Assembly (NCBI GenBank): GCA_965203485.1
Contig: OZ241892.1
Location: 992,001 to 1,056,000, forward strand
Reading direction: 5' to 3'
Length of the DNA stretch: 64,000 bases
Source of the DNA: Longimicrobiales bacterium
GTDB taxonomy: Bacteria; Gemmatimonadota; Gemmatimonadetes; Longimicrobiales; Gaopeijiaceae
Notes under the pieces: generated by a model
Seen by the model: only the letters and a program-made list of their open reading frames with translations
What the model was told of the DNA's origin: nothing
Database searches by the model: none
Translations under genes and position numbers: made by a program
Shown here: piece after piece, positions 11,541-22,140 of the stretch
Numbering within the stretch: position 1 is the stretch's first letter
Layout of the letters: every line of letters starts with the position of its first letter

Positions 11541-13570
11541 CGTCCCGCCGCGGCCCGCGGCCCCGCGTCCGCGTCCTGCCCGACCACGTGGCCAACCAGA
11601 TCGCCGCCGGCGAGGTCGTGGAACGCCCGGCCTCGGTCGTCAAGGAGCTCGTGGAGAACGCCGTAGACGCCCACGCGGACACCGTCCGGGTCACGCTCGA
11701 GGGCGGCGGCAAGACGCGCATCGCCGTGGCCGACGACGGCTGGGGCATGACCCGAGAGGACGTGCTGGCCAGCTTGGACCGCCACGCCACGAGCAAGATT
11801 CGCCACGCGGAGGACCTTCACGAGATCCGCACGCTGGGCTTCCGCGGCGAGGCTCTTCCCTCGATCGCGGCCGTGTCGCGGATGACGCTCGAGTCCGCGG
11901 TCGCCGAGGAGGATTCCGGGGTCCGCGTGCGCGTGCTCGGAGGCAAGATTCAAGGCGTGGAGGAGACGGCCCGGCGGCCCGGCGCCACCGTCGACGTGCG
12001 AAACCTCTTCTTCAACACGCCCGTGCGCGCCCGCTTCCTCAAGTCCGCCAGCGTCGAAGCGCGCGCCGCGTCCGACGTGCTGCACACGCTGGCGCTGGCC
12101 AACCTCGGCGTGCGCTTCGTCCTGGAGACGGGCGGCCGCAGGACGCTCGACTTGGCCGGGGGGCGCAGCGTCGTGGGGCGAGTCGGCGAGATTTGGAAGG
12201 ACGCCCGAGAGATGGGCCTGATCCCGCTCGGGGGCCGGCGCGGCGACCTGAGCGTCGAGGGAGCGATCCAACGGCCCGACTTGGCCCGCCGGGGCTTTCG
12301 CCGGCTCCAGCTCTTCGTGAACGGCCGGCCGTTCCGCGACGCGGGCTTGGTTGCGGCCGCGGACGCCGGCTACCGGACGACGATCCCCGAGGGAGCCAAG
12401 CCCTGGCTGTTCCTGTTCCTCGGCGTCGCCCCGGGCCTGGTGGACGTCAACGTGCATCCCGGCAAGGCCGAAGTGCGGTTTCGCAACCGCGCCGCCGTCG
12501 AGAGCTTCGTGGAGACCACCGTGAGGCGGACGTTGCAGGGCGCGGAGTCCGCGGCCGCCTTCGGTGCGCCGTCCTCCGCCGGTTCCGTCCGCGAGAGACC
12601 GGGCGGCCGCACCGGCGGCGCGGGCCGGTCCGGCGCGGCGCCGCCCGAAGCGCTTTCCGGCGACGCGGGCCGGCCTGGTCCGTCTCGTCTCGGCGGCCCG
12701 GCCGCCGGGCGCGCACCGTCCGGCCCTCCTCCGCCCGGCGGCCCCTCCCTGTCGGGCGATCCTCCGTTGCCGGCGTCCCCGTCCGGCGCGTCCCCCGCCG
12801 ACGCCCCCGGGGACGTTGCCGCGCCGTCCAGCGCGGTCTCGCCGAGCGCGTCCCCTCCGGCCGCCGGGCGCTTGCGCGCCGTTTCCGTCGCCCCGACGGG
12901 CGGCCAGATGATCCTCTTTCCGGGGACGGGGCAGGGCGGCGGGCCGCCCGGCGCCGAGCGCGTCCCCGGCGAGGACGCCCTCGTCGGCGAGGCTCCGAGG
13001 CCCCCGCTCGTCCAGATTCACAACAGCTTCATTCTCGCCGAGACGCGCGACGGCCTCATCTTCGTCGACCAGCACGCGGCGCACGAGCGCATCCTGTACG
13101 AGCGCATCGCGGCGGAGTTCGAGAGCGGCGACGGCGAAGGCCAGCGCCTGCTCTTTCCGTTCACGATCCGGCTCACGCGCCAGGAACTCGACGTGATGGA
13201 GTCGGTCTCGGATCTTCTCGCCGGACTGGGATTCGAGCTGGCGCCGTTCGGGCCGGACGCGCTTCTGGTGCAGTCAGTGCCCAACCCGCACCGCTACTTC
13301 GACGCCGAGAGCTGCATCCGCGAGATGATCCACGAACTGGCGCACGGCTCCGACCTGATGAAGGCGGCGCGGAACCAGAACGACCGAGTGGCCATGAGCT
13401 TCGCCTGCAAGGGCGCAATCAAGGCGGGCCAGAAGCTCGAGCCCGAGGAGATGCAGGACATCTTCGACCAGCTGTTCGCCACCAAGCTGCCGTACCACGA
13501 CGTGCACGGGCGCCCGACCGTCGTGCGCCTGGGCATCGGCGAGCTGGAGCGCAAGTTCGGCCGGACATGA
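11537..13570 (+). CDS. mutL: DNA mismatch repair protein MutL
   Basis: NQIAAGEVVERPASVVKELVEN, GFRGEAL, DQHAAHER, HGRP; long Pro/Ala/Gly linker. Confidence 0.96.
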   Translation: MTSRRGPRPRVRVLPDHVANQIAAGEVVERPASVVKELVENAVDAHADTVRVTLEGGGKTRIAVADDGWGMTREDVLASLDRHATSKIRHAEDLHEIRTLGFRGEALPSIAAVSRMTLESAVAEEDSGVRVRVLGGKIQGVEETARRPGATVDVRNLFFNTPVRARFLKSASVEARAASDVLHTLALANLGVRFVLETGGRRTLDLAGGRSVVGRVGEIWKDAREMGLIPLGGRRGDLSVEGAIQRPDLARRGFRRLQLFVNGRPFRDAGLVAAADAGYRTTIPEGAKPWLFLFLGVAPGLVDVNVHPGKAEVRFRNRAAVESFVETTVRRTLQGAESAAAFGAPSSAGSVRERPGGRTGGAGRSGAAPPEALSGDAGRPGPSRLGGPAAGRAPSGPPPPGGPSLSGDPPLPASPSGASPADAPGDVAAPSSAVSPSASPPAAGRLRAVSVAPTGGQMILFPGTGQGGGPPGAERVPGEDALVGEAPRPPLVQIHNSFILAETRDGLIFVDQHAAHERILYERIAAEFESGDGEGQRLLFPFTIRLTRQELDVMESVSDLLAGLGFELAPFGPDALLVQSVPNPHRYFDAESCIREMIHELAHGSDLMKAARNQNDRVAMSFACKGAIKAGQKLEPEEMQDIFDQLFATKLPYHDVHGRPTVVRLGIGELERKFGRT

Positions 13571-14589
13571 GCACGGGCGACGGCTCCGCCGACCCGGAGG
13601 CCGCCGACTTCCTGGCCATCGTCGGTCCGACGGCGGCGGGAAAGACGGCGCTGGCGCTCGCCGCGGCCAGCGAGATCGGCGGCGAGATCGTGTCGATGGA
13701 CTCGCGCCAAGTCTACCGCGGCATGGACGTGGGCACGGCCAAGCCGACGGCCCGCGAACGAGAGCGCGTGAGGCACCACGGTCTCGACATTCGCGATCCC
13801 GGCGAGCGCTACGGCGCCGGGCAGTTCGCCAGGGACGCGAGGCGCTGGATCGCGGACGCGCGCAGCAGGGGGCGAACGCCGATGCTCGTGGGCGGCGCCG
13901 GGCTGTTCCTTCGAGCCTTGACCCGCCCGGTCTTCAAGGAGCCCCGGGCCATGCGGCCGCGGCGCGACGGCGTGGAGGCCGCGCTCGAGCGAATGCCCCG
14001 GGCCGACTTGGCCCGCTGGACGCGGGCGCTGGATCGCGAACGCGGGGAGCTGGCCGTGGCCGGCGGGCGCCAGCGGATGACCAGGACGGTGTCGGTCGCG
14101 TTGCTGACTGGGCGGCCTCTTTCCTGGTGGCACCGCAACGGGCCGGCGGACGCGCCGCCGCTGCGGGGATGCGTCTGCCTGCTGGACGTGTCGCCGGAAC
14201 TGCTCCGCCGCCGCATCGACGAGCGGTTGCGGGCGATGGCCGAGGCAGGCTTCGCCGACGAGGTCGCCCGCCTCCTGGACGCGGGCTGGCGGCGGTCCGA
14301 CCCCGGCATGAACGCCGTGGGCTACCGCGAGATGGCCGACCACGTGCGGGGACGCGCGACGCTCGGCGAAGCCCTCGAGCGCGCCCGCCGGGCCACGTGG
14401 CGCTACGCCCGCCGCCAGCGCACGTGGTTTCGGCACCAGCTGGGCGAGGGCGCGCACGTCGTGGACGGAGCGCTCGACCTGCCCGCCCGGACGCGCGCCG
14501 TCGTAGCCGCGTGGCGCGCCCGCGCCCCGGCCGCCGAGCGCGCCCGCCCGCCTTCGCGCGTCGTCCGGGCATCCGAAGCGCAAGCGTGA
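13567..14589 (+). CDS. miaA: tRNA dimethylallyltransferase
   Basis: GPTAAGKT, DSRQVYRGMDVGTAKP, YARRQRTWFR. Confidence 0.95.
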   Translation: MSTGDGSADPEAADFLAIVGPTAAGKTALALAAASEIGGEIVSMDSRQVYRGMDVGTAKPTARERERVRHHGLDIRDPGERYGAGQFARDARRWIADARSRGRTPMLVGGAGLFLRALTRPVFKEPRAMRPRRDGVEAALERMPRADLARWTRALDRERGELAVAGGRQRMTRTVSVALLTGRPLSWWHRNGPADAPPLRGCVCLLDVSPELLRRRIDERLRAMAEAGFADEVARLLDAGWRRSDPGMNAVGYREMADHVRGRATLGEALERARRATWRYARRQRTWFRHQLGEGAHVVDGALDLPARTRAVVAAWRARAPAAERARPPSRVVRASEAQA

Positions 14590-15782
14590 AGATCGGCATC
14601 ACCTGCTACCCCACCTACGGGGGCTCGGGCGCCGTGGCCACGGAACTCGGCATCGGCCTCGCCGCCCACGGCCACGAAGTCCACTTCATTTCCTACGCCC
14701 AGCCCTTCCGCCTCGCCGGCTTCCACGAGCGCGTCTACTTCCACGAAGTCGAAGTGGACAGCTATCCGCTCTTCGAGCATCCCCCCTACACGCTCGCGCT
14801 CGCCGCCGCCATCCACGCCACCGCCGTGCGCGAGCGGCTCGACGTCGTGCACGTCCATTACGCCATCCCCCACGCCACGTCCGCGTGGATCGCGCGCGAA
14901 ATGCTGGAAGGCGACGACGGTCCCCCGCTCGTCACCACCCTGCACGGAACCGACGTCACGCTGGTCGGCCAGCACCCTTCGCTTCACGCCATCACCCGCT
15001 TCTCGATCCTCCGCTCGCAACGAATCACGGCGGTGTCGCACTACCTCAAGCGGGAGACGGTGCGCGACTTCGGCATCCCCGGCGAGCGCATCGAAGTCAT
15101 CCCCAACTTCGTCGACACGGACCGGTACCGCCGCGACCGCGGGCCCAGCCGCCGCGAGGTCTTCGCGCCCGGCAACGAGAAGATCGTGGCGCACGTCTCG
15201 AACTTTCGCCCGCTCAAGCGGGTGTCCGACGTGGTCGGCGCGTTCGCGGGCATCAGGAAGCGCATGCCGGCCCGGCTTGTGATGGTGGGCGACGGACCGG
15301 ACCGTCCGCGCGCCGAAGAGCGGGCTCGCGCGCTGGGCGTGCGCGACGACGTGGTTTTCTTGGGCAAGCACGTGGCCGTCGAGGAGATCCTGGCGTCCAC
15401 GGACCTGTTCCTGATGGCCAGCGAGAACGAGTCGTTCGGCCTGGCGGCGCTCGAAGCGATGTCGTGCGGGGCGCCGGTAGTCGCGTACCGGGCCGGCGGC
15501 GTGCCCGAGGTCGTGGCCGACGGCGAGACCGGGTTCCTGGTGCCGACGGGGGGCGTGGACGAAGCTGCCGAGGCCGGGGCGCGGGTGCTGGGCGACGCCG
15601 CGCTGTGGGAGCGGTTCAGCCGGGCCGGGCGGCGGGCGGCGGAGGAGAGCTTCGGAACGGACAGCGTGCTGCCCATGTACGAGGCCTGCTACGAGTCGGT
15701 TCGGAAAGCCCCGGGAGAACCGGGGGACGCCGGCGCTGGAACGGGCGGGCGCGAGTCCGCGTGCCGGGGGCGGGGGCCGTGA
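14586..15782 (+). CDS. bshA: N-acetyl-alpha-D-glucosaminyl L-malate synthase (GT4, bacillithiol pathway)
   Basis: KIGITCYPTYGGSGAVATELG, HVHYAIPHA, TTLHGTD, SNFRPLKR, ESFGLAALEAM. Confidence 0.9.
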   Translation: MKIGITCYPTYGGSGAVATELGIGLAAHGHEVHFISYAQPFRLAGFHERVYFHEVEVDSYPLFEHPPYTLALAAAIHATAVRERLDVVHVHYAIPHATSAWIAREMLEGDDGPPLVTTLHGTDVTLVGQHPSLHAITRFSILRSQRITAVSHYLKRETVRDFGIPGERIEVIPNFVDTDRYRRDRGPSRREVFAPGNEKIVAHVSNFRPLKRVSDVVGAFAGIRKRMPARLVMVGDGPDRPRAEERARALGVRDDVVFLGKHVAVEEILASTDLFLMASENESFGLAALEAMSCGAPVVAYRAGGVPEVVADGETGFLVPTGGVDEAAEAGARVLGDAALWERFSRAGRRAAEESFGTDSVLPMYEACYESVRKAPGEPGDAGAGTGGRESACRGRGP

Positions 15783-16576
15783 CTTGGTGGGAGGGGGCGC
15801 TGCTGGGGCTGGTCCAGGGGACGACGGAGTTCCTGCCGGTGTCGAGTTCGGGCCACTTGGTGATGGCCCAGGCGCTTCTGGGCGCCGACGCGCCCGGAGT
15901 CGGCGTCGAGGTCGCCTTGCACGCGGCGACGGCGGCGTCGGTGGCCGTCGCGTACCGGCGGCGCTTGGGGATGCTCTTGGCCGGCTGGGCGCGCGGGGAC
16001 GCGGCGAGCTTGCGCGCGGGCGGGTTGCTGGCGCTGGCGTCGGCGCCGGCCGCGGCGGCCGGCGTCGGCTTCGGGGACTTCTTCGAGCGGCTCTTCGAAG
16101 CGGAAGCGGTCACGGGGGCGGCATTGTTGGTCACGGGCTGCGTGCTGTGGGCGTCGCGGGGAGCGAAGGCGCGCGGCGGCGGAGGGCGGGGGCCGGGCTG
16201 GTGCGCGGCGGCGGCGATGGGCGTCGCCCAGGCCGTGGCGATCGTTCCCGGCATCTCCCGTTCGGGCGCGACCGTGGTCACGGGGATGCGGGCGGGCGTG
16301 GATCCTGCGGAGGCGGCGGCGTTCTCCTTCCTGATGTACATTCCGGTGGCGGGCGGCGCCGCGCTCCTGGAGTTGCCGGCCGTGATCGGGTCGCCGGAGG
16401 GCGCCGGCATCGGCGCGTGGCCGCTGGCGGCGGGCGCCGCGACGGCCTGCCTGTCCGGCATCGGGGCGATCCGCCTCTTCCGCGCCGTGCTGGCCCGGCG
16501 GACGCTTCACCGCTTCGCCCCGTACCTGTGGACCGCAGGAACCGCCTTTCTCGCCTACGCGCTGTTGTTCGAATGA
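15779..16576 (+). CDS. uppP: undecaprenyl-diphosphate phosphatase
   Basis: GLVQGTTEFLPVSSSGHL and PGISRSGAT motifs. Confidence 0.93.
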   Translation: MTWWEGALLGLVQGTTEFLPVSSSGHLVMAQALLGADAPGVGVEVALHAATAASVAVAYRRRLGMLLAGWARGDAASLRAGGLLALASAPAAAAGVGFGDFFERLFEAEAVTGAALLVTGCVLWASRGAKARGGGGRGPGWCAAAAMGVAQAVAIVPGISRSGATVVTGMRAGVDPAEAAAFSFLMYIPVAGGAALLELPAVIGSPEGAGIGAWPLAAGAATACLSGIGAIRLFRAVLARRTLHRFAPYLWTAGTAFLAYALLFE

Positions 16577-17568
16577 GTTCTTGCGCGCCCCGGCGCCGTC
16601 GTTCGTGCTCGGTGACCGTCGCTCGAGAGGACCTTGCGCGAGATGCGGACGCGCCCGCCCGCCCGGGCCGCGGGTCGGACGCGCGTCCGGACGCCTCCGG
16701 CCTCGGCGCGCCGCCCGCAGCCGAGTGGGGCGGCCTCGCAACGGCCGAGTGGGCAAGGCGCTTCGGCTACGCCACCGCCGAGTTCCATGCCCGCGTCCCG
16801 TCCACCAACGAACGCGCCCGCGCTCTGGCGCTTGCCGGACGGCCCCTGCCGGTTCTGGTCGTCGCTTCCCGCCAGTCCGCGGGCAGGGGCCGCAGAGGCC
16901 GCCGCTGGGCGTCCGACTCTCCGCTCGGCCTCTGGTTCACAGTGGCCGTGGCCGGCGGCCGCGGCCCAACGGAGCCCGTCCCGCTCCGCGCCGGACTTGC
17001 GGCCGCGCTGGCCGTCGAATCGCTCGCCCCAGGCCTCGCCGTCCGCCTGAAGTGGCCGAACGATCTCTTGGCCGGACCCGAGGGCCGCAAGTTCGGCGGC
17101 GTTCTTTGCGAGCGGGCGGGCGGCGCGACGATCGTCGGCATCGGCCTCGACCTCAACCACGGCCCGGGCGACCTTCCTGCGCACCTCGCGGGCCGCGCCA
17201 CCTCCGTGCGTGCCGAGACGGGCCGCCGGTTGGCGCGCGGCGACGTGCTTCGGACTGTCCTGGCCGCGCTCGCCGTCCGCCTCCGCCCCGAGCCGTCCAT
17301 TCCGCCGGGCGAACTGGCGGAACTCAACGCGCGCTCGTTCATGGCGGGGCGGCGCGCATCCGCGAGCGGCGTCGCCAGCACGCCTTCCGGCGAAGCCCGC
17401 GCCGTGGAAGCCCTGCCCGTCGTCTGCGGGCCGATTCTTGCCGACGGCGCGCTCCAGCTGCGGAGCCGAGACGGCGGCACGCTGCGCCTGGTGGCCGGAT
17501 CCGTGACGCCCGCGCCGTCGTCCGCGCGGCCCGGCCCGCCGCCCGGCCGCGCCTCCGCCGCTCCATGA
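16573..17568 (+). CDS. birA: biotin--[acetyl-CoA-carboxylase] ligase (start uncertain)
   Basis: STN, QSAGRGRRGRRW, KWPND, KFGGVLCE. Confidence 0.88.
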   Translation: MSSCAPRRRRSCSVTVAREDLARDADAPARPGRGSDARPDASGLGAPPAAEWGGLATAEWARRFGYATAEFHARVPSTNERARALALAGRPLPVLVVASRQSAGRGRRGRRWASDSPLGLWFTVAVAGGRGPTEPVPLRAGLAAALAVESLAPGLAVRLKWPNDLLAGPEGRKFGGVLCERAGGATIVGIGLDLNHGPGDLPAHLAGRATSVRAETGRRLARGDVLRTVLAALAVRLRPEPSIPPGELAELNARSFMAGRRASASGVASTPSGEARAVEALPVVCGPILADGALQLRSRDGGTLRLVAGSVTPAPSSARPGPPPGRASAAP

Positions 17569-18356
17569 GCCGCCAGCTGGTCGCCGACGTGGGCAACACC
17601 GAGACCGTCGTGGGGCTCCTCGAGCTCTCCAGCTGCGAGGTCGTGGACCACTGGCGGGTCGGCACGCACCCCACTCGAACCGCCGCGGAATTCCGCGTCC
17701 TGCTGTCCTCGCTCCTGGCCTCCAGTCCCCACGGCTCGGCCCCCGTCGCCCGCGCCGTCGTCGCGTCGGTCGTTCCGGCCGCCACGCCCGCGCTGCGCAG
17801 GGCCCTCGCGGAGTTCGTGGACGGGGGCGTCTTCGTCGTGACCGCCGCGTCCAGCCTCCCGATTCGGCTCGAGGTGGAGGAGCCCCTCACCGTCGGCGCC
17901 GACCGCATCGTCAACACGCTGGCCGCCAAGGCCCGCTTCGGACGCGACACGATCGCCGTGGACCTCGGCACGGCGACGACCTTCGACTGCATCACGGCCG
18001 ACGGCGTGTTTCGCGGCGGCGTCATCGCGCCGGGCCTGAGTGCCGGGCTCCATTGGCTGACCCGCAACACTGCCAAGCTGCCCACCGTCGAGCTGGCGCC
18101 TCCCGAGACCGTCATCGGCAAGCGCACCGAGACGTGCATCCAGAGCGGCGTCTTCTACTCCGCCGTGGACGCCGTGGACGGCATCGTCTCGCGCATCAAG
18201 GCGAGCTGGACGGACGCCGATCCCCTGGTCGTCGCCACTGGCGGCTTCGCCACCGTCGTGGCCCCCTTCGCGTCGTCCGTGGACCGCATCGAGCCCTTCC
18301 TCACGCTCGAGGGCTTGGCCATCGCCGGAACCCACCTGGACCCCGGCGCCCCGTAG
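17565..18356 (+). CDS. coaX: type III pantothenate kinase
   Basis: [33 protein letters not shown]. Confidence 0.93.
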   Translation: MSRQLVADVGNTETVVGLLELSSCEVVDHWRVGTHPTRTAAEFRVLLSSLLASSPHGSAPVARAVVASVVPAATPALRRALAEFVDGGVFVVTAASSLPIRLEVEEPLTVGADRIVNTLAAKARFGRDTIAVDLGTATTFDCITADGVFRGGVIAPGLSAGLHWLTRNTAKLPTVELAPPETVIGKRTETCIQSGVFYSAVDAVDGIVSRIKASWTDADPLVVATGGFATVVAPFASSVDRIEPFLTLEGLAIAGTHLDPGAP

Positions 18357-18490
18357 GCCGCAGGGCCCGGCCCGCCTCGTCTCGCTGGTCCGCGCCGCGT
18401 CGAGCGCCGCATCGTCGCCGTTGCGCTTGGGCCGAGCGCCCGGCCCGCTCGAGCCGGCCCCGCGCGGTCCCGGGCGCGGCCCAAGAGCGC

Positions 18491-18519
18491 TTGACGTCCC
18501 GCCCGCCAGTCGCCACCTT
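18491..18519 (+). promoter_or_regulatory. sigma70-like promoter of groESL
   Basis: TTGACG-N17-CACCTT immediately upstream of the CIRCE-like element. Confidence 0.6.
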
Positions 18520-18524
18520 TCCTG

Positions 18525-18551
18525 TTGGCGCTCACTGCCGTCGAGCGCCAA
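18525..18551. promoter_or_regulatory. CIRCE-like operator (HrcA site)
   Basis: TTGGCGCTC-N9-GAGCGCCAA perfect inverted repeat, close to consensus TTAGCACTC-N9-GAGTGCTAA, upstream of groES. Confidence 0.85.
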
Positions 18552-18618
18552 CAAGACGAGATCGGGGCGGCGAAACCCGTTCCGAAACCCAAGTCACCTG
18601 TCCCAACGGGAGGAGTGC

Positions 18619-18921
18619 ATGTCGGCCGCAGACAAGATCCAGCCGCTGGCGGATCGCGTGGTGGTACGGGCCCTGGAAGAGGGCGAGCAGATGAGGGGTG
18701 GCCTCTACATCCCCGACACCGCGAAGGAGAAGCCCCAAGAGGGCGAGGTCGTCGCGGTGGGACCCGGCAAGCTGTCCGACGACGGCGCGCGGGTCCCGAT
18801 GGAAGTCGCCGCAGGGAACAAGGTTCTCTACGGCAAGTACAGCGGCACGGAGGTCACGGTGGACGGAGATCAATACCTGATCCTCCGCGAGTCGGACATC
18901 CTTGCCATCGTCAACGACTAA
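18619..18921 (+). CDS. groES: co-chaperonin GroES
   Basis: [44 protein letters not shown]. Confidence 0.98.
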   Translation: MSAADKIQPLADRVVVRALEEGEQMRGGLYIPDTAKEKPQEGEVVAVGPGKLSDDGARVPMEVAAGNKVLYGKYSGTEVTVDGDQYLILRESDILAIVND

Positions 18922-20583
<1,662 letters not shown>

Positions 20584-20600
20584 CAGGGATTGCGGCCAAG

Positions 20601-20640
20601 CCTGGGCGTCCTCTCCGGCGAAGGGGAGGGCGCCTGGGCG
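20601..20640 (+). terminator. possible terminator or stabilising hairpin after groEL
   Basis: GGGCGTCCTCTCC...GGGGAGGGCGCCT stem; weak U-tract. Confidence 0.4.
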
Positions 20641-20819
20641 ATTTCCTGTCCGTCCCAAGCGGGGCCGGGAGCGCGAACGAGGCGTTTCCGGCCCCGCTCT
20701 TGTTCGGCTGGAGCCCTCCGGGGTCTCTCGGGCGCGAAGACGACCCGTTCGGCCATGTATGCGTCCCGCGCAACGCTTTACCTTTGGGGCAGGATCGGCC
20801 CGCCGGAAGAGAGAGCGCC

Positions 20820-21233
20820 ATGGAGTTCCAGGATTGGCTCGGGACCATCGCCACCGTCGCGATCGTGTGCGGCGCGGCGCTTGCGTTGGGGCGTTGGCTC
20901 CGCACGCAGACGGCGGACCAGTTCGATGCGTTCAAGGCGTCGGTGGATCAGCAGTTTGCCGTCGTGGACCAGCGCTTCGCCGACATCGACCGGCGCTTTG
21001 GCGACATCGACCGGCGCCTTCAGGAGAACCAGGAGGATCATGCGGCCATCCGGCGGGGCATCCGGGAGGCGGCCCAGCAGGTCGTTGGGCTCATGGACCG
21101 GCGTTTCGAGGACATGGGCAAGCGGATCGACGAGATGGGCAAGCGGATGGACGAAATGGGCAAGCGCATCGACGACCTGAGGTCTCGCGTTGATTCCGGC
21201 GGTCGTGCCGTCCTTCGGCGCGAGCATGCGTAG
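20820..21233 (+). CDS. membrane-anchored coiled-coil protein with heptad repeats (paralog of 42568-42978)
   Basis: N-terminal hydrophobic helix; (VDQRFAD)-like and (MGKRxDE) x3 heptads encoded by 21-bp repeats. Confidence 0.75.
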   Translation: MEFQDWLGTIATVAIVCGAALALGRWLRTQTADQFDAFKASVDQQFAVVDQRFADIDRRFGDIDRRLQENQEDHAAIRRGIREAAQQVVGLMDRRFEDMGKRIDEMGKRMDEMGKRIDDLRSRVDSGGRAVLRREHA

Positions 21234-22140
21234 GACGGGGGCCCCGCTGGCGAGAGCCCCGCATGGGCTCTTCTTCGCCGTTGCGACCTTGGTCGCGCCG
21301 GGCTTGGCCGCCGCGGTCCAGCAAGTCGGCCCCGCCAACGGCAGCCTCGTCGTCGCGGGCGGGGCGCTTCGCGATCCCGCCGTCTTCGCCCGCTTCGTCG
21401 AGCTCGCCGGCGGCCCGTCGGCGCCGATCGTGGTCATTCCGACGGCCGGCGGCGCCGCCGAGTACGACGAGTACTTCCGAGGCCGGCGCGCGTTCGAGGA
21501 AGCGGGCGCGCGGCACGTCGCCGTGCTCCACACGTACGACCCGGAGGTCGCCGACTCGGAGGCCTTCGTGGCTCCCTTGCGGGAGGCCCGGGGCGTGTGG
21601 TTCGCCGGAGGAAGGCAGTGGCGGCTGGCCGACGCCTACCTCGGCACCGAGACGCACGAAGCGCTCTGGGACGTGCTGGACCGGGGCGGCGTCGTCGGCG
21701 GCTCGTCGGCCGGGGCATCGATCCAGGGCTCGTACTTGGTGCGCGGCGACAGCCGCACCAACACGGTCATGATGGGCGACCACGAAGTCGGCCTGGGCTT
21801 CCTCAAGGACGTCGCGATCGACCAGCATCTCCTGCGCCGCAACCGCCACTTCGACCTGGTCGAGGTGATCCGGGCCAGGCCGGAACTGCTGGGCATCGGC
21901 CTGGACGAGAACACGGCCATCGTGGTGCAGGGCGACCGCTTCGAGGTCGTCGGCCAGAGCTACGCCGTCATCTACGACGCCCGGGCCACGCTGGACACCG
22001 GCGGCCTCTTCTACTTCCTGGCGCCCGGCGACCGCTACGACATGGCGGCCCGCGAGGCGTTCCGTCCCAGCCTGGACGAGGACCCGTTGGGCCGCGTCGT
22101 CCGCAAGCCTTGGCCGCCCGGCCCGCCCCTGGACCCGTGA
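21226..22140 (+). CDS. cyanophycinase-like peptidase S51, probably secreted
   Basis: GSLVVAGG, IPTAG, WFAGGRQWRL, GGSSAGAS, IDQHLLRRNR, GIGLDENTA; signal-like N-terminus. Confidence 0.85.
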   Translation: MRRTGAPLARAPHGLFFAVATLVAPGLAAAVQQVGPANGSLVVAGGALRDPAVFARFVELAGGPSAPIVVIPTAGGAAEYDEYFRGRRAFEEAGARHVAVLHTYDPEVADSEAFVAPLREARGVWFAGGRQWRLADAYLGTETHEALWDVLDRGGVVGGSSAGASIQGSYLVRGDSRTNTVMMGDHEVGLGFLKDVAIDQHLLRRNRHFDLVEVIRARPELLGIGLDENTAIVVQGDRFEVVGQSYAVIYDARATLDTGGLFYFLAPGDRYDMAAREAFRPSLDEDPLGRVVRKPWPPGPPLDP

